This document shows positions 10,216-19,419 of a DNA stretch of 64,000 nt, one piece after another (the stretch's first letter is position 1; each line of letters begins with the position of its first letter). Origin of the DNA: a virus (lineage: Duplodnaviria; Caudoviricetes). The notes under the pieces are model-generated. The model was not told where the DNA came from and did no database searches. It saw only the letters and a list, made by a program, of their open reading frames with translations. The translations under genes were made by a program, and so were the position numbers. Where the stretch lies: IMG/VR virus record IMGVR_UViG_3300036784_000146, positions 1-64,000 of that record; one strand, 5' to 3'.

Positions 10216-11600
10216 CCGTGAGACGAGTCGCCTTACGCACCACGCTCGGCACCCCGCTGATCCACTATGCCGACAGCGCCGGGGGCAACATCCGGCCGGA
10301 GATGAATATCCGACACCAGACCAACAAGTTCAACGAACGGGCGCTGCGAGCGCGCCAGCAGGGCGACCATTCGCTGGCCGATTACTTCGAGCAGCTGCGC
10401 GACCATATGCTCAGCGAGGCCGAGCAGGGCCGTCCCCGGCCGTTCAGCCACTACCTGCCGCAGGTTCAGGAGGAGTATGGCGACCACATCGCGAGGCGAA
10501 CAGCCAGCGTGGTGCTCTACACCAAGCCGGGCTGCGTCCAGTGCGATGCCACCCACCGGCACCTCACCAGGAGCGGCGTGCCTTTCGAGTCGGTGGACGT
10601 CACCCAGAGTCCGCAGGCCTTAGAGCACGCCCGGTCGTTGGGTTACAGCTCGGCCCCGGTGGTGATCACCCAGAACGACCATTGGTCCGGCTACCGGCCC
10701 GACAAGCTCAACACGCTGAAGACGGCGGCCGAGTGGACCGACGAGGACCGCGAGCGCGACCTGCATCGACTGATGGAGAAGTCTCACGAGGAGCGCCAAC
10801 AGCGTTTCAACAATCCGACCAAGATCTACCGTGGCCTGAAGCTGGATCTGCCGTCCGAGCTGGAAGAGCACATCAAGGCGAACAGCCGGATGCCGATGGA
10901 GCCTGAGGAGGTTGGCCAGCACCTCAGCATCGGTCCCAAACTGCTGGATCACCTACAGACCGCCCATCCGCTGCGGACCAACGAGTATGTCCCCGAGCCG
11001 GACATCGGACTGGGACGGCACTGGACCACCAACAAGCGCTTCGCCGACATCGCCGCGATGCAGGGTGGCCCCTACGGCTCACGCCATAGCGTCGTGCTGG
11101 AAGCCGATTTCCCTGGCCACGAGCACGTCGACCCCGAGCACCCTTACGTCGGTGGCAGCTGGCAGGACATGTCCGGTAACCCGATGGTCCCTTGGAAAGA
11201 GGAAGAGGAGTACACCCTCAAACCCGGCACCCCGTTGAATATCACCGGCGTGAACCTCAACGGCAACGAGGTGCTGCACGACCCGCACTACGAGAAGTCG
11301 ATGCCGCAGGATTACGGCATCCCTTACAACGGTGGGCCGCAGATCCGGCAGGCCGGTCGGCCCTATACCGACGAAGAGCGCGAGTTGCACAAGCAGCAAG
11401 GCTGGCGCGGTCCGCCGTGCGAGGACCCCAGCCATCAGGGCCAGCTTATGGGCCGCTGCGCAGAATGTGGGCGTCGGGTAGCTCCCGAGCAGCGCGCCGC
11501 TTATATCGACGAAGCCCCTTGGTACAACATGGCCTGGGACGACGACCTCGACGACGACGACGAGCCGGTGCTGCCACCCAAGGAGCACCATGGTCGCTAA
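10212..11600 (+). CDS. Multidomain protein: unknown domain, NrdH glutaredoxin, ADP-ribosyltransferase-like domain, small Cys domain
   Basis: GTGA-coupled start at 10212; YTKPGCVQC...APVV...WSGYRPDK is NrdH; KIYRG / HWTT / EEEEY is an ART-like catalytic pattern. Confidence 0.8.
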   Translation: MTVRRVALRTTLGTPLIHYADSAGGNIRPEMNIRHQTNKFNERALRARQQGDHSLADYFEQLRDHMLSEAEQGRPRPFSHYLPQVQEEYGDHIARRTASVVLYTKPGCVQCDATHRHLTRSGVPFESVDVTQSPQALEHARSLGYSSAPVVITQNDHWSGYRPDKLNTLKTAAEWTDEDRERDLHRLMEKSHEERQQRFNNPTKIYRGLKLDLPSELEEHIKANSRMPMEPEEVGQHLSIGPKLLDHLQTAHPLRTNEYVPEPDIGLGRHWTTNKRFADIAAMQGGPYGSRHSVVLEADFPGHEHVDPEHPYVGGSWQDMSGNPMVPWKEEEEYTLKPGTPLNITGVNLNGNEVLHDPHYEKSMPQDYGIPYNGGPQIRQAGRPYTDEERELHKQQGWRGPPCEDPSHQGQLMGRCAECGRRVAPEQRAAYIDEAPWYNMAWDDDLDDDDEPVLPPKEHHGR

Positions 11601-12891
11601 GCAGTTCGTCGGCGCGGCGCCGTCCAGCGCCAAGGACATCGTCATTCACGACTACGTCCTGAGCCAGATCGCGGCACTGAGCCTGCCTCAGGCCACCGTC
11701 GATTCCTTGGTCGCTTTGGGCTTCTCCACCTACGCCGACCTGAGCTACGTCAACGCCCAAGCCACCCTGAACGCCACCAAGGCCTACGTCGACGGGACCG
11801 GCGGCGCCAACCCCAACGGTGGGGATCTCGGACGGCTGCACCTGTCGCAGAAGAACCAGCCCAACGGGGTGGCCGCGCTAGGTGCCTCTTCGGCCAAAGT
11901 TGATAGGTCCAGACTCAGCTTGGGATCCACCCAGCGCTTCCCGACTCCGTACTCTTCTCCGGGCTCCTACCCTGGCAGTCCCGTCACTACCGGCTTGACC
12001 GAAGTAACCCTTGACACCTGTGCAGTGGCCGACCCGGGCTACACATACAAACTGCAGGTCGAGGGCGTGTTGGATGCTTCAAGCAGCCGCGACGGCTATT
12101 GTCCTATCGCGTTGGTCCGGCTGGGCTCGATAAGCGGTCCCGTCGTGGCAGTGGGGTACGGCTGCTTGGAGACCTACTCCGCTGCGGTGGTCGAACAGTT
12201 CTCCACTCCGGGCGCCTTCGTCTATAACATCCCCGTCTGGGCGGCTTCTCTCGACGTTCTGCTGCTCGGCGGCGGTGGAGGCGGCTCTAGTGGCGAGGGC
12301 AATCCGCTGCTGTGGGGCGACGGCGGTTATGCCGCATCCTGGTCGGTGGTCACCCTTACTGTCGGCTCAGGAGCTTTGCCTCCGGGCGTCACCCAAATCA
12401 CCGGCACCATCGGCAGCGGTGGACCACCTGGCCGCAGCGGGGTTGTTTCTCACGTGGGCGGCGCAGGCACCCCGACGACGGCGACCTACTACCACACCAC
12501 CCAGACCTCCGTCGGGGGCGCCGGAGGGGCGGGGATCGAGGCCAGCCAGAACGGCCAGAACGCCGGGTCGACGACGGCAAGTGGCTATACCTATCAGAAT
12601 GGCGGCTACGGCTGTGGCGGCCGGGGCGGCTCGGGCGGCATACTCTTCGGCGGTGTCGGAACAGCGGGAGCCGGTGGGCTGGCGTTGATCGTCGCTCATC
12701 CCCCGGGCACCGACTGGAACAGCGGGCCGATCAACATCTTCCCGCTTGCACTGGCCGATCAGGACCCGCTGACTGGCGCCTCTACCCTCTACCTCGATCT
12801 GCTGCGGATGACCGGCGACAACACCTCCACCGGCACCGTTACGGCGTCAACCTTCAAGCCCAGCCTGTGGGCTATGCCGGTGCCAGCCTAA
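11590..12891 (+). CDS. Minor tail/structural protein with Gly-rich domain
   Basis: GGGGGG / GSGG Gly-rich domain; paralogous to the next two genes. Confidence 0.75.
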   Translation: MVAKQFVGAAPSSAKDIVIHDYVLSQIAALSLPQATVDSLVALGFSTYADLSYVNAQATLNATKAYVDGTGGANPNGGDLGRLHLSQKNQPNGVAALGASSAKVDRSRLSLGSTQRFPTPYSSPGSYPGSPVTTGLTEVTLDTCAVADPGYTYKLQVEGVLDASSSRDGYCPIALVRLGSISGPVVAVGYGCLETYSAAVVEQFSTPGAFVYNIPVWAASLDVLLLGGGGGGSSGEGNPLLWGDGGYAASWSVVTLTVGSGALPPGVTQITGTIGSGGPPGRSGVVSHVGGAGTPTTATYYHTTQTSVGGAGGAGIEASQNGQNAGSTTASGYTYQNGGYGCGGRGGSGGILFGGVGTAGAGGLALIVAHPPGTDWNSGPINIFPLALADQDPLTGASTLYLDLLRMTGDNTSTGTVTASTFKPSLWAMPVPA

Positions 12892-12911
12892 AAGGGTGAG
12901 GAGGTGATGGA

Positions 12912-13703
12912 ATGGGCCGTTGGTACGTGGGGAGGACCCCTGACTCGGACTCGGTGATCGTGCCGAAGTCCTTCGCCGACTCGCAGCTCGCGTCCGGATT
13001 ACCCAGCGTCACTTCAGTGCGTCAGGCCATTACGAACTCCATCAACACCCATGCCTTGGTCACCCCGACCTACGTCGACCAGAGCAACGGGCGGGTCGCC
13101 CACAAGACCGCCGTTGACACCGCTGATCAGGCTTACGTCCCGGTGGGTCAACTCAACCAGCCGGGTGGCGTGGCCGGGCTCGACTCCGGCGGGCAATTAT
13201 TCAGCGCTCAGATCCCGGCTGGCGTGCCCACCGAATACACCGCTGTCTCCTACGACGCGGCCACCAACGGCTTCATCTACATCAATCAGACAGAGACCGT
13301 CCTGACCAGCACCTTGCGCGAGCTGAGACTGGCTTCGATCACAGTCGAGGACCCCGGGTACCCATGGCGGCCCATTCCGCGCGCCGTCGTATTGGGTGGC
13401 AATCCCAACGGGACCAACCCGGGCACCCGGCTGTCGGGCACCAACAACTACGGGCTGCTTACCGTGATCCCGCCAGCAGGGGTTTCCGACCAGGTCTATG
13501 GCGCCGGGATCTGCACCGACAGCTTCTTCATGAACTTCTACGAATGCCTGCCGTACGCGACAGCCAACCAGACTCCGACGAGCGTTCCGGCCATCGTCGG
13601 CGGCTTGGAGCTGGATCTGTGTGGCTGCTGCTGGACCGGTTCGGGCTATCAGTTCAGTCCGGCCGGTTTGTCCTACTCGATCCTCGTAGCCCCGGCGATG
13701 TGA
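12912..13703 (+). CDS. Minor tail/structural protein
   Basis: YVD...GVAGLD motif shared with neighbours; GAGGAGG RBS. Confidence 0.75.
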   Translation: MGRWYVGRTPDSDSVIVPKSFADSQLASGLPSVTSVRQAITNSINTHALVTPTYVDQSNGRVAHKTAVDTADQAYVPVGQLNQPGGVAGLDSGGQLFSAQIPAGVPTEYTAVSYDAATNGFIYINQTETVLTSTLRELRLASITVEDPGYPWRPIPRAVVLGGNPNGTNPGTRLSGTNNYGLLTVIPPAGVSDQVYGAGICTDSFFMNFYECLPYATANQTPTSVPAIVGGLELDLCGCCWTGSGYQFSPAGLSYSILVAPAM

Positions 13704-13718
13704 GGGGAGGGCAGAACT

Positions 13719-14483
13719 TTGTCAGGTTTGCATGAAGTAGGGCGGACACCGGCCAATCCACAGGATGTCGTCACCAAATTGACGGTGGCAAATATGATCG
13801 CTGCCGCTTCTCCGAGCACCGTCTCGGTGAATACCGAGATCAACAGCGCGGCCGCGCTCAAGGCCGGGAAGCCCTACGTCGACACCCAGAACGCGACGTT
13901 CGAGAGCCCGGCCTATGTCAGCGCTCAGGACGCGCTCAACGTCCCGCTGGCTAGTGTCGGCCATCTCGGTGGCGTGGCGAGCCTGGATGCCACCGGCAAG
14001 ATCCCCCTGGCTCAGGTTCCTGCCGTCGGTACTGGATACGTGTTGGGTCCGTACGGTCCCACCGCCGGGTACGAGGCCACCACCGGCGCGACACCGGTCA
14101 AGATCGCCGATTGGGACATCGGGGTAGCGGCCCTGACGTTCGAGCCGGTGGTCTACTGCACCATCCTCGCCGGAGCAATCAACATGGGTCGCCCGGTCAT
14201 TGAGATCGGCATTTCCAACGGATCAACTTCCGTCTATGCCGATCAGACGATCATCGCGCGCGGCATGGGCCGCAGCTACTGGAACGACGGCCAGGTCATC
14301 AACGTGCGTCCCATCCCGGCCAACGACGCGCTGGGCCATTCCGGTGCCGACCCGACTGTGTACATCCCGACGTATTACGTCTTCTGCAGCGCATGGCTGT
14401 GGGATGCGGCCGGTGAGACCGTCACCGTGGCCGCCGGATCCGTTCTGTCCGGCGCCGTCTATTTATGGAGGACGGCCGAATAG
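13719..14483 (+). CDS. Minor tail/structural protein
   Basis: YVD...GVASLD.GKIP motif; paralogue of the two upstream genes. Confidence 0.7.
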   Translation: MSGLHEVGRTPANPQDVVTKLTVANMIAAASPSTVSVNTEINSAAALKAGKPYVDTQNATFESPAYVSAQDALNVPLASVGHLGGVASLDATGKIPLAQVPAVGTGYVLGPYGPTAGYEATTGATPVKIADWDIGVAALTFEPVVYCTILAGAINMGRPVIEIGISNGSTSVYADQTIIARGMGRSYWNDGQVINVRPIPANDALGHSGADPTVYIPTYYVFCSAWLWDAAGETVTVAAGSVLSGAVYLWRTAE

Positions 14484-14983
14484 TGAGCAGAAGTACTCTC
14501 GCGTTGACGCTTTCGCTTTTCGCGCATGTATTCCCTGGATCGACGTCGGACGCAGGTAGGGCAAATGCGTTGGCGACCGTTGTGCTTCAGCTCATCACCG
14601 CAGTTGTCACAGTGCGTTCTGCGGGCGTGATTGTGCATGCCGTTTCTGACGGAATCGAGAGCATTGTCGGTGCGAGTACCCCAGTACAAGTTTTCGATCA
14701 GGTTATGGCTTGGGTTGTCGTCTTTGTGCAGGCCCATCATGCCCAGAGGCCGTGGGCCGACAAATGCTTCCAGCATCATGAGATGGATGAAGCAGGTCTT
14801 CTTGCCGGGCAATATGACGTAGCGATAGCCCTTCCAGTTAGCGCTGGGGCTGAGGAGCTTGCCGGGAAAGAACCTGCCATTCGGCCATCTGTCAGTGATC
14901 AGAGTCCGGTCCAGCGACTGGACCAGGCCGTTGTCGCTGACCTCGTACCAATCTTCCCAGTTCACCACAGGGAGCCAATGCAC
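14459..14983 (-). CDS. Free-standing NUMOD4-HNH homing endonuclease
   Basis: WLPVVNWEDWYEVSDNG.VQS (NUMOD4); HKDDNPSHN...NLYWGT..DN (HNH); probable GTG start at 14983. Confidence 0.9.
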   Translation of the reverse strand: MHWLPVVNWEDWYEVSDNGLVQSLDRTLITDRWPNGRFFPGKLLSPSANWKGYRYVILPGKKTCFIHLMMLEAFVGPRPLGMMGLHKDDNPSHNLIENLYWGTRTDNALDSVRNGMHNHARRTHCDNCGDELKHNGRQRICPTCVRRRSREYMREKRKRQRESTSAHYSAVLHK

Positions 14984-14997
14984 CAGGGAAGTATACG

Positions 14998-15282
14998 ATG
15001 AGAATCTATCGCCAGGCCGAGACATTCGCGTTGCAGGCCGCTGAAGGGGAAGAGTGGCGACACCACTACAAGGACTACTTGGGCCCCCGCGAGATCACGT
15101 TTACTCCTGAGGAGCGGGACCAGCGCAGCCAGCTCAAGAAAGAGGTCCAGCGGCGCGAGCAAGCCGGGGAGATCGCTCCGCTGGACGCCACCAACCCTCA
15201 GTCGATGACCGACACCAACCAGGCCTACTCGGATCTGTTCTACGACCCCAACGACGGCATGGTTAGGAGACCAGCATCATGA
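14998..15282 (+). CDS. Small protein with MRIYRQAE leader
   Basis: N-terminus shared with the 15848 and 16453 proteins. Confidence 0.7.
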   Translation: MRIYRQAETFALQAAEGEEWRHHYKDYLGPREITFTPEERDQRSQLKKEVQRREQAGEIAPLDATNPQSMTDTNQAYSDLFYDPNDGMVRRPAS

Positions 15283-15851
15283 ACGGAGTTCCCGCCAGTC
15301 ATTTCACCTACCTCTGGCAAAACTTGGCCTACCCTCGGTTGGGGCTGGCCTACAACTGGGGCGGATCGCTGGATCCCAACGACCCAGGGGCGGGCACCGA
15401 CTGCTCGGGCTGGGTCAGCGCGGCGCTCTCGGCGCTGGTGCGTGGACCAGCTATGGAGTACTCCCGGCAATTCTGGACCGGCACCTTCGCGGGTATCACC
15501 CCAGGTCAGACCGGTCCCATCCAGGGAGTGGCCGACACCGCCAATCTGGTGTGCGTTTCTAGTCCAGCTGACGTGCCGCCGGACGCGGCGATGATCATCG
15601 CGATCCTGCAAACCGGCTCGGATCCCACCTATGCCGCTAACGCCCACATGATCTGCTCGGTGCGCGGCACGGTGCTGGAAATGGGCGGCGGCCCCAACGA
15701 TCTCCACACCGGCGGCGAGCCTGGCAGCACCGAGATCAACGACCCCGAGTTCAACCAGTTCCTCTACCTGCCCGGCCCGGTGATCCTCGACGCACCGGAC
15801 TGGACGGCTCCCTCCACGCTGGCCGCCATCGCGGGAGCCTTCGCTGCGTGA
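15279..15851 (+). CDS. NlpC/P60-like peptidoglycan peptidase (lysin A peptidase module)
   Basis: YNWGG...TDCSG catalytic Cys motif, AHM catalytic His, LEMGG. Confidence 0.8.
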   Translation: MNGVPASHFTYLWQNLAYPRLGLAYNWGGSLDPNDPGAGTDCSGWVSAALSALVRGPAMEYSRQFWTGTFAGITPGQTGPIQGVADTANLVCVSSPADVPPDAAMIIAILQTGSDPTYAANAHMICSVRGTVLEMGGGPNDLHTGGEPGSTEINDPEFNQFLYLPGPVILDAPDWTAPSTLAAIAGAFAA

Positions 15852-16456
15852 GGATCCTGAGGCAGGCCGAGATGTTCGGGTATCGGACGGGGATCGCCCT
15901 GGACGACCCGAATCTCACCGCGCCCACCAAGCTCTACCGTGGCGTGGCCGTCATGGGCGTGCCGCCCGAGCAGCAGCAGCGATGGAACGATGCGCTCGAC
16001 TACAGCAATTGGGACGGCGACAAGGCCAGCCTGGGTAAGCACCTGCAGGTCGGTCCCGAGCTGATCAAGCATTTGCAGGAGCGCCAAGGCGGTGTCGGTC
16101 GGCACTGGACCACCAACCCGGCCCGGGCCTACGACTTCGCCGGACGCAGCATGGAGAACCGCAACCTCGACAACCCCGACACCCATGCGGGCTTCCCGGC
16201 GGTGTTGGAGATGAACTGGGACGGCACGGGCCTGGACATGAGCGACAGGGGCATGAACAGCGGCAGCCACAACTTCGACGTCGACGACGAGCGTGTCCTA
16301 CAGCAGGGCCATCCGGTTAACATCAGCGGCGTCAAGGTCGCCGAGCCCGACCTGGGCGGCTGGACCGACGTGCTCAACCCGTCGCCGGAGGATCGCAGCT
16401 TCGACGACTTCAAGCACCTACACCAACCCAACTACGGACACCCGGGGGTGATATGA
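15848..16456 (+). CDS. ADP-ribosyltransferase-like protein with MRILRQAE leader
   Basis: KLYRG / GRHWTTN / DDERVL pattern; clear paralogue of the domain in 10212-11600. Confidence 0.65.
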   Translation: MRILRQAEMFGYRTGIALDDPNLTAPTKLYRGVAVMGVPPEQQQRWNDALDYSNWDGDKASLGKHLQVGPELIKHLQERQGGVGRHWTTNPARAYDFAGRSMENRNLDNPDTHAGFPAVLEMNWDGTGLDMSDRGMNSGSHNFDVDDERVLQQGHPVNISGVKVAEPDLGGWTDVLNPSPEDRSFDDFKHLHQPNYGHPGVI

Positions 16457-17679
16457 GGATCCTCTCTCAGCGCGAGCAGTATGCCTACCGCATCCTGGGG
16501 TTCACCGACGACGAGTACCGCCAGCATGTCGAGAACATCGAGAAAGCTTTGGACGAGCAGCGGCGAATGGGACGCGACTCGCGCAGCATCCATGGCATCC
16601 AGCGGCGCGGAGGCGGCTTCTCCTGGTCACCCAAGCGCAAGAAGGCCCAGAACCAGCTGATCAGGGAGATGTACGCCCAGCGGAGTCAGGGCGTCCCGCA
16701 GGAAGGCCTGGGCATGCTGATGGGCGGTCTGGGCGGCTCCGGCAAGGGCACGATCTTGAGGAACCCCCAGGGCGGCCTGGAAGGCAACCGCTACATGACG
16801 GTCAACTCCGACGACATCAAGGAGGAGATGGCTCGCCGGGGCATGATCCCCCATATTCCGGGGCTCTCGCCGATGGAGTCGGTCGCCATGGTCCACGAGG
16901 AGTCCTCTGAGCTGGCCCGACGGTTGGCCCAGCTGGCCTACAAAGACCGGCGCAACGTATTATGGGACATGACCATGGGGTCGGACAGCTCGACCAAAGA
17001 GCACATCGACAACATGCGCAAGCACGGTTACGGCCAGGTCGATGCTGCGTTCGTCGACGCCGACGCGCCGTCGGCACGCCAGCGGGTCTACGACCGGCAC
17101 CGCCGGGGCGAGACGGCTTACCGTGAGACCGGCCAGGGCTTCGGCGGCCGCTACGTCGTGCAGGCGGCCTCCAAGGCCAACGAGCCCACCCCGGGTTCGG
17201 GGAAACGCTCGAAGAACGCCGAGGTCTTCGAGCGCCACCTGCCGCACTTCGACAACACGGTGAACTTCGACGTCACCGGCCCGGGCGGAGCCCCCGTGGT
17301 GACGCAGACGACCGGCCCGCGCTGGCACGGGCACCCGCTGTCGGCAGGTGGGTCCACCGCAATCGACAACATCGTGGCAAGGAGACGAAGGATGATGGCC
17401 GCTGAAGAGGAGCCGGGCATCCAGGGAACCGTCAAGGAGCTGCTCGACGTCTACGAGCAGGGGCAGATCTCCTACGAGGACCTGGTCTTAGGTATCGCGG
17501 CGGTCGGTCACTTCGAGACCGTCAGCCGTACCCACGAGGAGTCTTACCAGCGGGCCGAGGACGGTCCCGACCCCAACAGCTTCGCCCACGTGGAGACGGC
17601 TGAGTTCAACGGGGTACTCACACCAGAGCAGGTTGAGCAAATAGCCGCAGCGATCGAAGAAACTAGCGATGGAGGTTAA
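16453..17679 (+). CDS. Zeta-toxin family P-loop kinase with MRILSQRE leader
   Basis: GGLGGSGKGT Walker A, NSDDIKE, HEES, NVLWDMT, R..R...GRYV. Confidence 0.85.
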   Translation: MRILSQREQYAYRILGFTDDEYRQHVENIEKALDEQRRMGRDSRSIHGIQRRGGGFSWSPKRKKAQNQLIREMYAQRSQGVPQEGLGMLMGGLGGSGKGTILRNPQGGLEGNRYMTVNSDDIKEEMARRGMIPHIPGLSPMESVAMVHEESSELARRLAQLAYKDRRNVLWDMTMGSDSSTKEHIDNMRKHGYGQVDAAFVDADAPSARQRVYDRHRRGETAYRETGQGFGGRYVVQAASKANEPTPGSGKRSKNAEVFERHLPHFDNTVNFDVTGPGGAPVVTQTTGPRWHGHPLSAGGSTAIDNIVARRRRMMAAEEEPGIQGTVKELLDVYEQGQISYEDLVLGIAAVGHFETVSRTHEESYQRAEDGPDPNSFAHVETAEFNGVLTPEQVEQIAAAIEETSDGG

Positions 17680-17682
17680 CGG

Positions 17683-17838
17683 GTGGTAATCCTTGGAGCA
17701 ATTTTGCTGATCCTGGGACTCGTGCTCGGTATCCAGATCCTCTGGATCATCGGCGCGATCCTGTTGGTGTTGGGCCTAGTTGGCGGCGGTTTCGGCTACG
17801 CCGGGCGCCCGATCTACGGGCGTAGACACTGGTACTGA
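17683..17838 (+). CDS. Small two-TM actinobacterial-type membrane protein (DUF6131-like)
   Basis: MVILGAILLILG...GRPIYGRRHWY; GGAGG RBS; below the ORF-track size cutoff. Confidence 0.7.
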   Translation: MVILGAILLILGLVLGIQILWIIGAILLVLGLVGGGFGYAGRPIYGRRHWY

Positions 17839-17895
17839 TCCTTCGACCTGTAGCGGAAGCCTTCTCGACCTGTCTAGGGTGAGGAGGCTTCTGCT

Positions 17896-18582
17896 ATGAC
17901 GCTCGTAACTATCGATGCCGTGGCCACAGGCCAGGTTATCGCCGGACCCAACCCCAACGTCAACGGGGGCTGGAATCACCCTTCGGGGGCAAACGCCGGG
18001 GTCATCCTGGTGGGCTTTCAATACAACACCACGGCGCCCATTGCCAAGACCATTACGCGCACCATCACCGCCGGGGGTCATCCCCTGGTTCGCCTCAAGC
18101 CCTTGCAAGGGGTAAACCGAGGCGGCAAGGGCTGGGGTGCCCCCAAGTCCGGCCGGGTCGAGGTCTGGGGCGGTGTGGGGGCGGCGGCCGCCGGGGGAGC
18201 CGTCGTGGTGAATTTGGGCTATAGCCCGCTCCCTGGGGGACCTCCCACCATCAACTTCACTCAGTTCAGCGGCGTCTCGCTGACCTATAACGGCTGCAAT
18301 ACGCTACCCGATCCGGCGTTGAACAAGGGCTGTGACGAGCGCAGCGGCTGCGGTCGGATAATCTCGGTGCCCCTTTCAAACTTCATGGACGCGTTGGCGG
18401 TGGTTTTCGTCGGCAGCGATTCCGCCATCCCCGTAAATCCTCCACACGCCACCACCCGCTTCAAGGACGCCAACTCCCAGCTGTGGGTCGGTGACCACCA
18501 GGGTCCGGGCACCATCCGGATGGGGAATACAGCTCCCGGGGGCAAGTGGGGATCGGCGACGGTCAACCTCATGCCGATCTGA
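17896..18582 (+). CDS. Putative structural/fibre-associated beta protein
   Basis: Beta/Gly-rich; late-type motif and GAGGAGG upstream. Confidence 0.6.
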   Translation: MTLVTIDAVATGQVIAGPNPNVNGGWNHPSGANAGVILVGFQYNTTAPIAKTITRTITAGGHPLVRLKPLQGVNRGGKGWGAPKSGRVEVWGGVGAAAAGGAVVVNLGYSPLPGGPPTINFTQFSGVSLTYNGCNTLPDPALNKGCDERSGCGRIISVPLSNFMDALAVVFVGSDSAIPVNPPHATTRFKDANSQLWVGDHQGPGTIRMGNTAPGGKWGSATVNLMPI

Positions 18583-19418
18583 TGACGCTCTACTACCCTG
18601 ACTGTTCCAATAACAACTGGGGCAACGAGAACTGGACCCAGCAGGGCCAGGACAATTTGATGAGCTTCTTGTCTCAGCTGGTCGGCCAGGGCTTTGCGGG
18701 CATGTGTCACAAGATGAGTCAGGACAACTCCTACATCGACCCCTACGGCGCGATCTGTCAGACCTGGTGCGCACAGAACAACGTGCCGTTCATCGGCTAC
18801 CACTACGTGGGCACCTCTGACGCAGGTAGCCAGGCCGCCAACTGGAAAGCTGCAGGTGGGGGCGTCAACGCCATGTTCGACTGGGAGGCAGGGTCGGGCA
18901 ACCTGGACGAGTTCTGGGCCTGCGTCAACGCGTTCAACAACGCCGGAGTCAACGTTCAGCTGGCGTATGACCCGCGCTGGTATCTGGAAGGGGCTGGATC
19001 GGGCGCGGGCACCGACATCTCCAATTTCGCCGCCAACGGCATCCTGCTGGTCAGCTCGGCCTACCCGCTGGGCTCTCAAGTCGGTTATGCCTCCGATCTC
19101 TACGCCCAGTGCGGCGGGGACACAGGCCAGGGCTGGTCTCCCTACGACGGGGGCCCACCCCCGGCAGCCTGGCAATTTACCAGCTCGGCGAACATCGCGG
19201 GCTTCAGTGGCGTGGATTGCAACGCTTACCTGGGGGCTGACATCAATGTTCTCTTTGGTGCTGTCGCTGCTCCTCCCCCTGTTACGCCTCCACCGGTGGT
19301 TACACCGCCACCGACGCCGGTGCCACCGGTGGTTATCTCGACCATCCCCGACCTCTCCCAGGTCGGAGACCAGCTCTTCACCGCGACATCCGCCCTATCA
19401 GCCCAGTTCGGAGTGTGA
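18582..19418 (+). CDS. GH25-like muramidase (lysin A glycosidase module)
   Basis: PDCSNNN start, GYHY, MFDWE, WQFTS...VDCN; Pro-rich tail. Confidence 0.8.
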   Translation: MTLYYPDCSNNNWGNENWTQQGQDNLMSFLSQLVGQGFAGMCHKMSQDNSYIDPYGAICQTWCAQNNVPFIGYHYVGTSDAGSQAANWKAAGGGVNAMFDWEAGSGNLDEFWACVNAFNNAGVNVQLAYDPRWYLEGAGSGAGTDISNFAANGILLVSSAYPLGSQVGYASDLYAQCGGDTGQGWSPYDGGPPPAAWQFTSSANIAGFSGVDCNAYLGADINVLFGAVAAPPPVTPPPVVTPPPTPVPPVVISTIPDLSQVGDQLFTATSALSAQFGV

Positions 19419-19419
19419 G

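Noticed and set aside
14459-14983. Group I intron around the HNH gene
   Set aside because: Flanking genes look complete and there is no room for a ribozyme core
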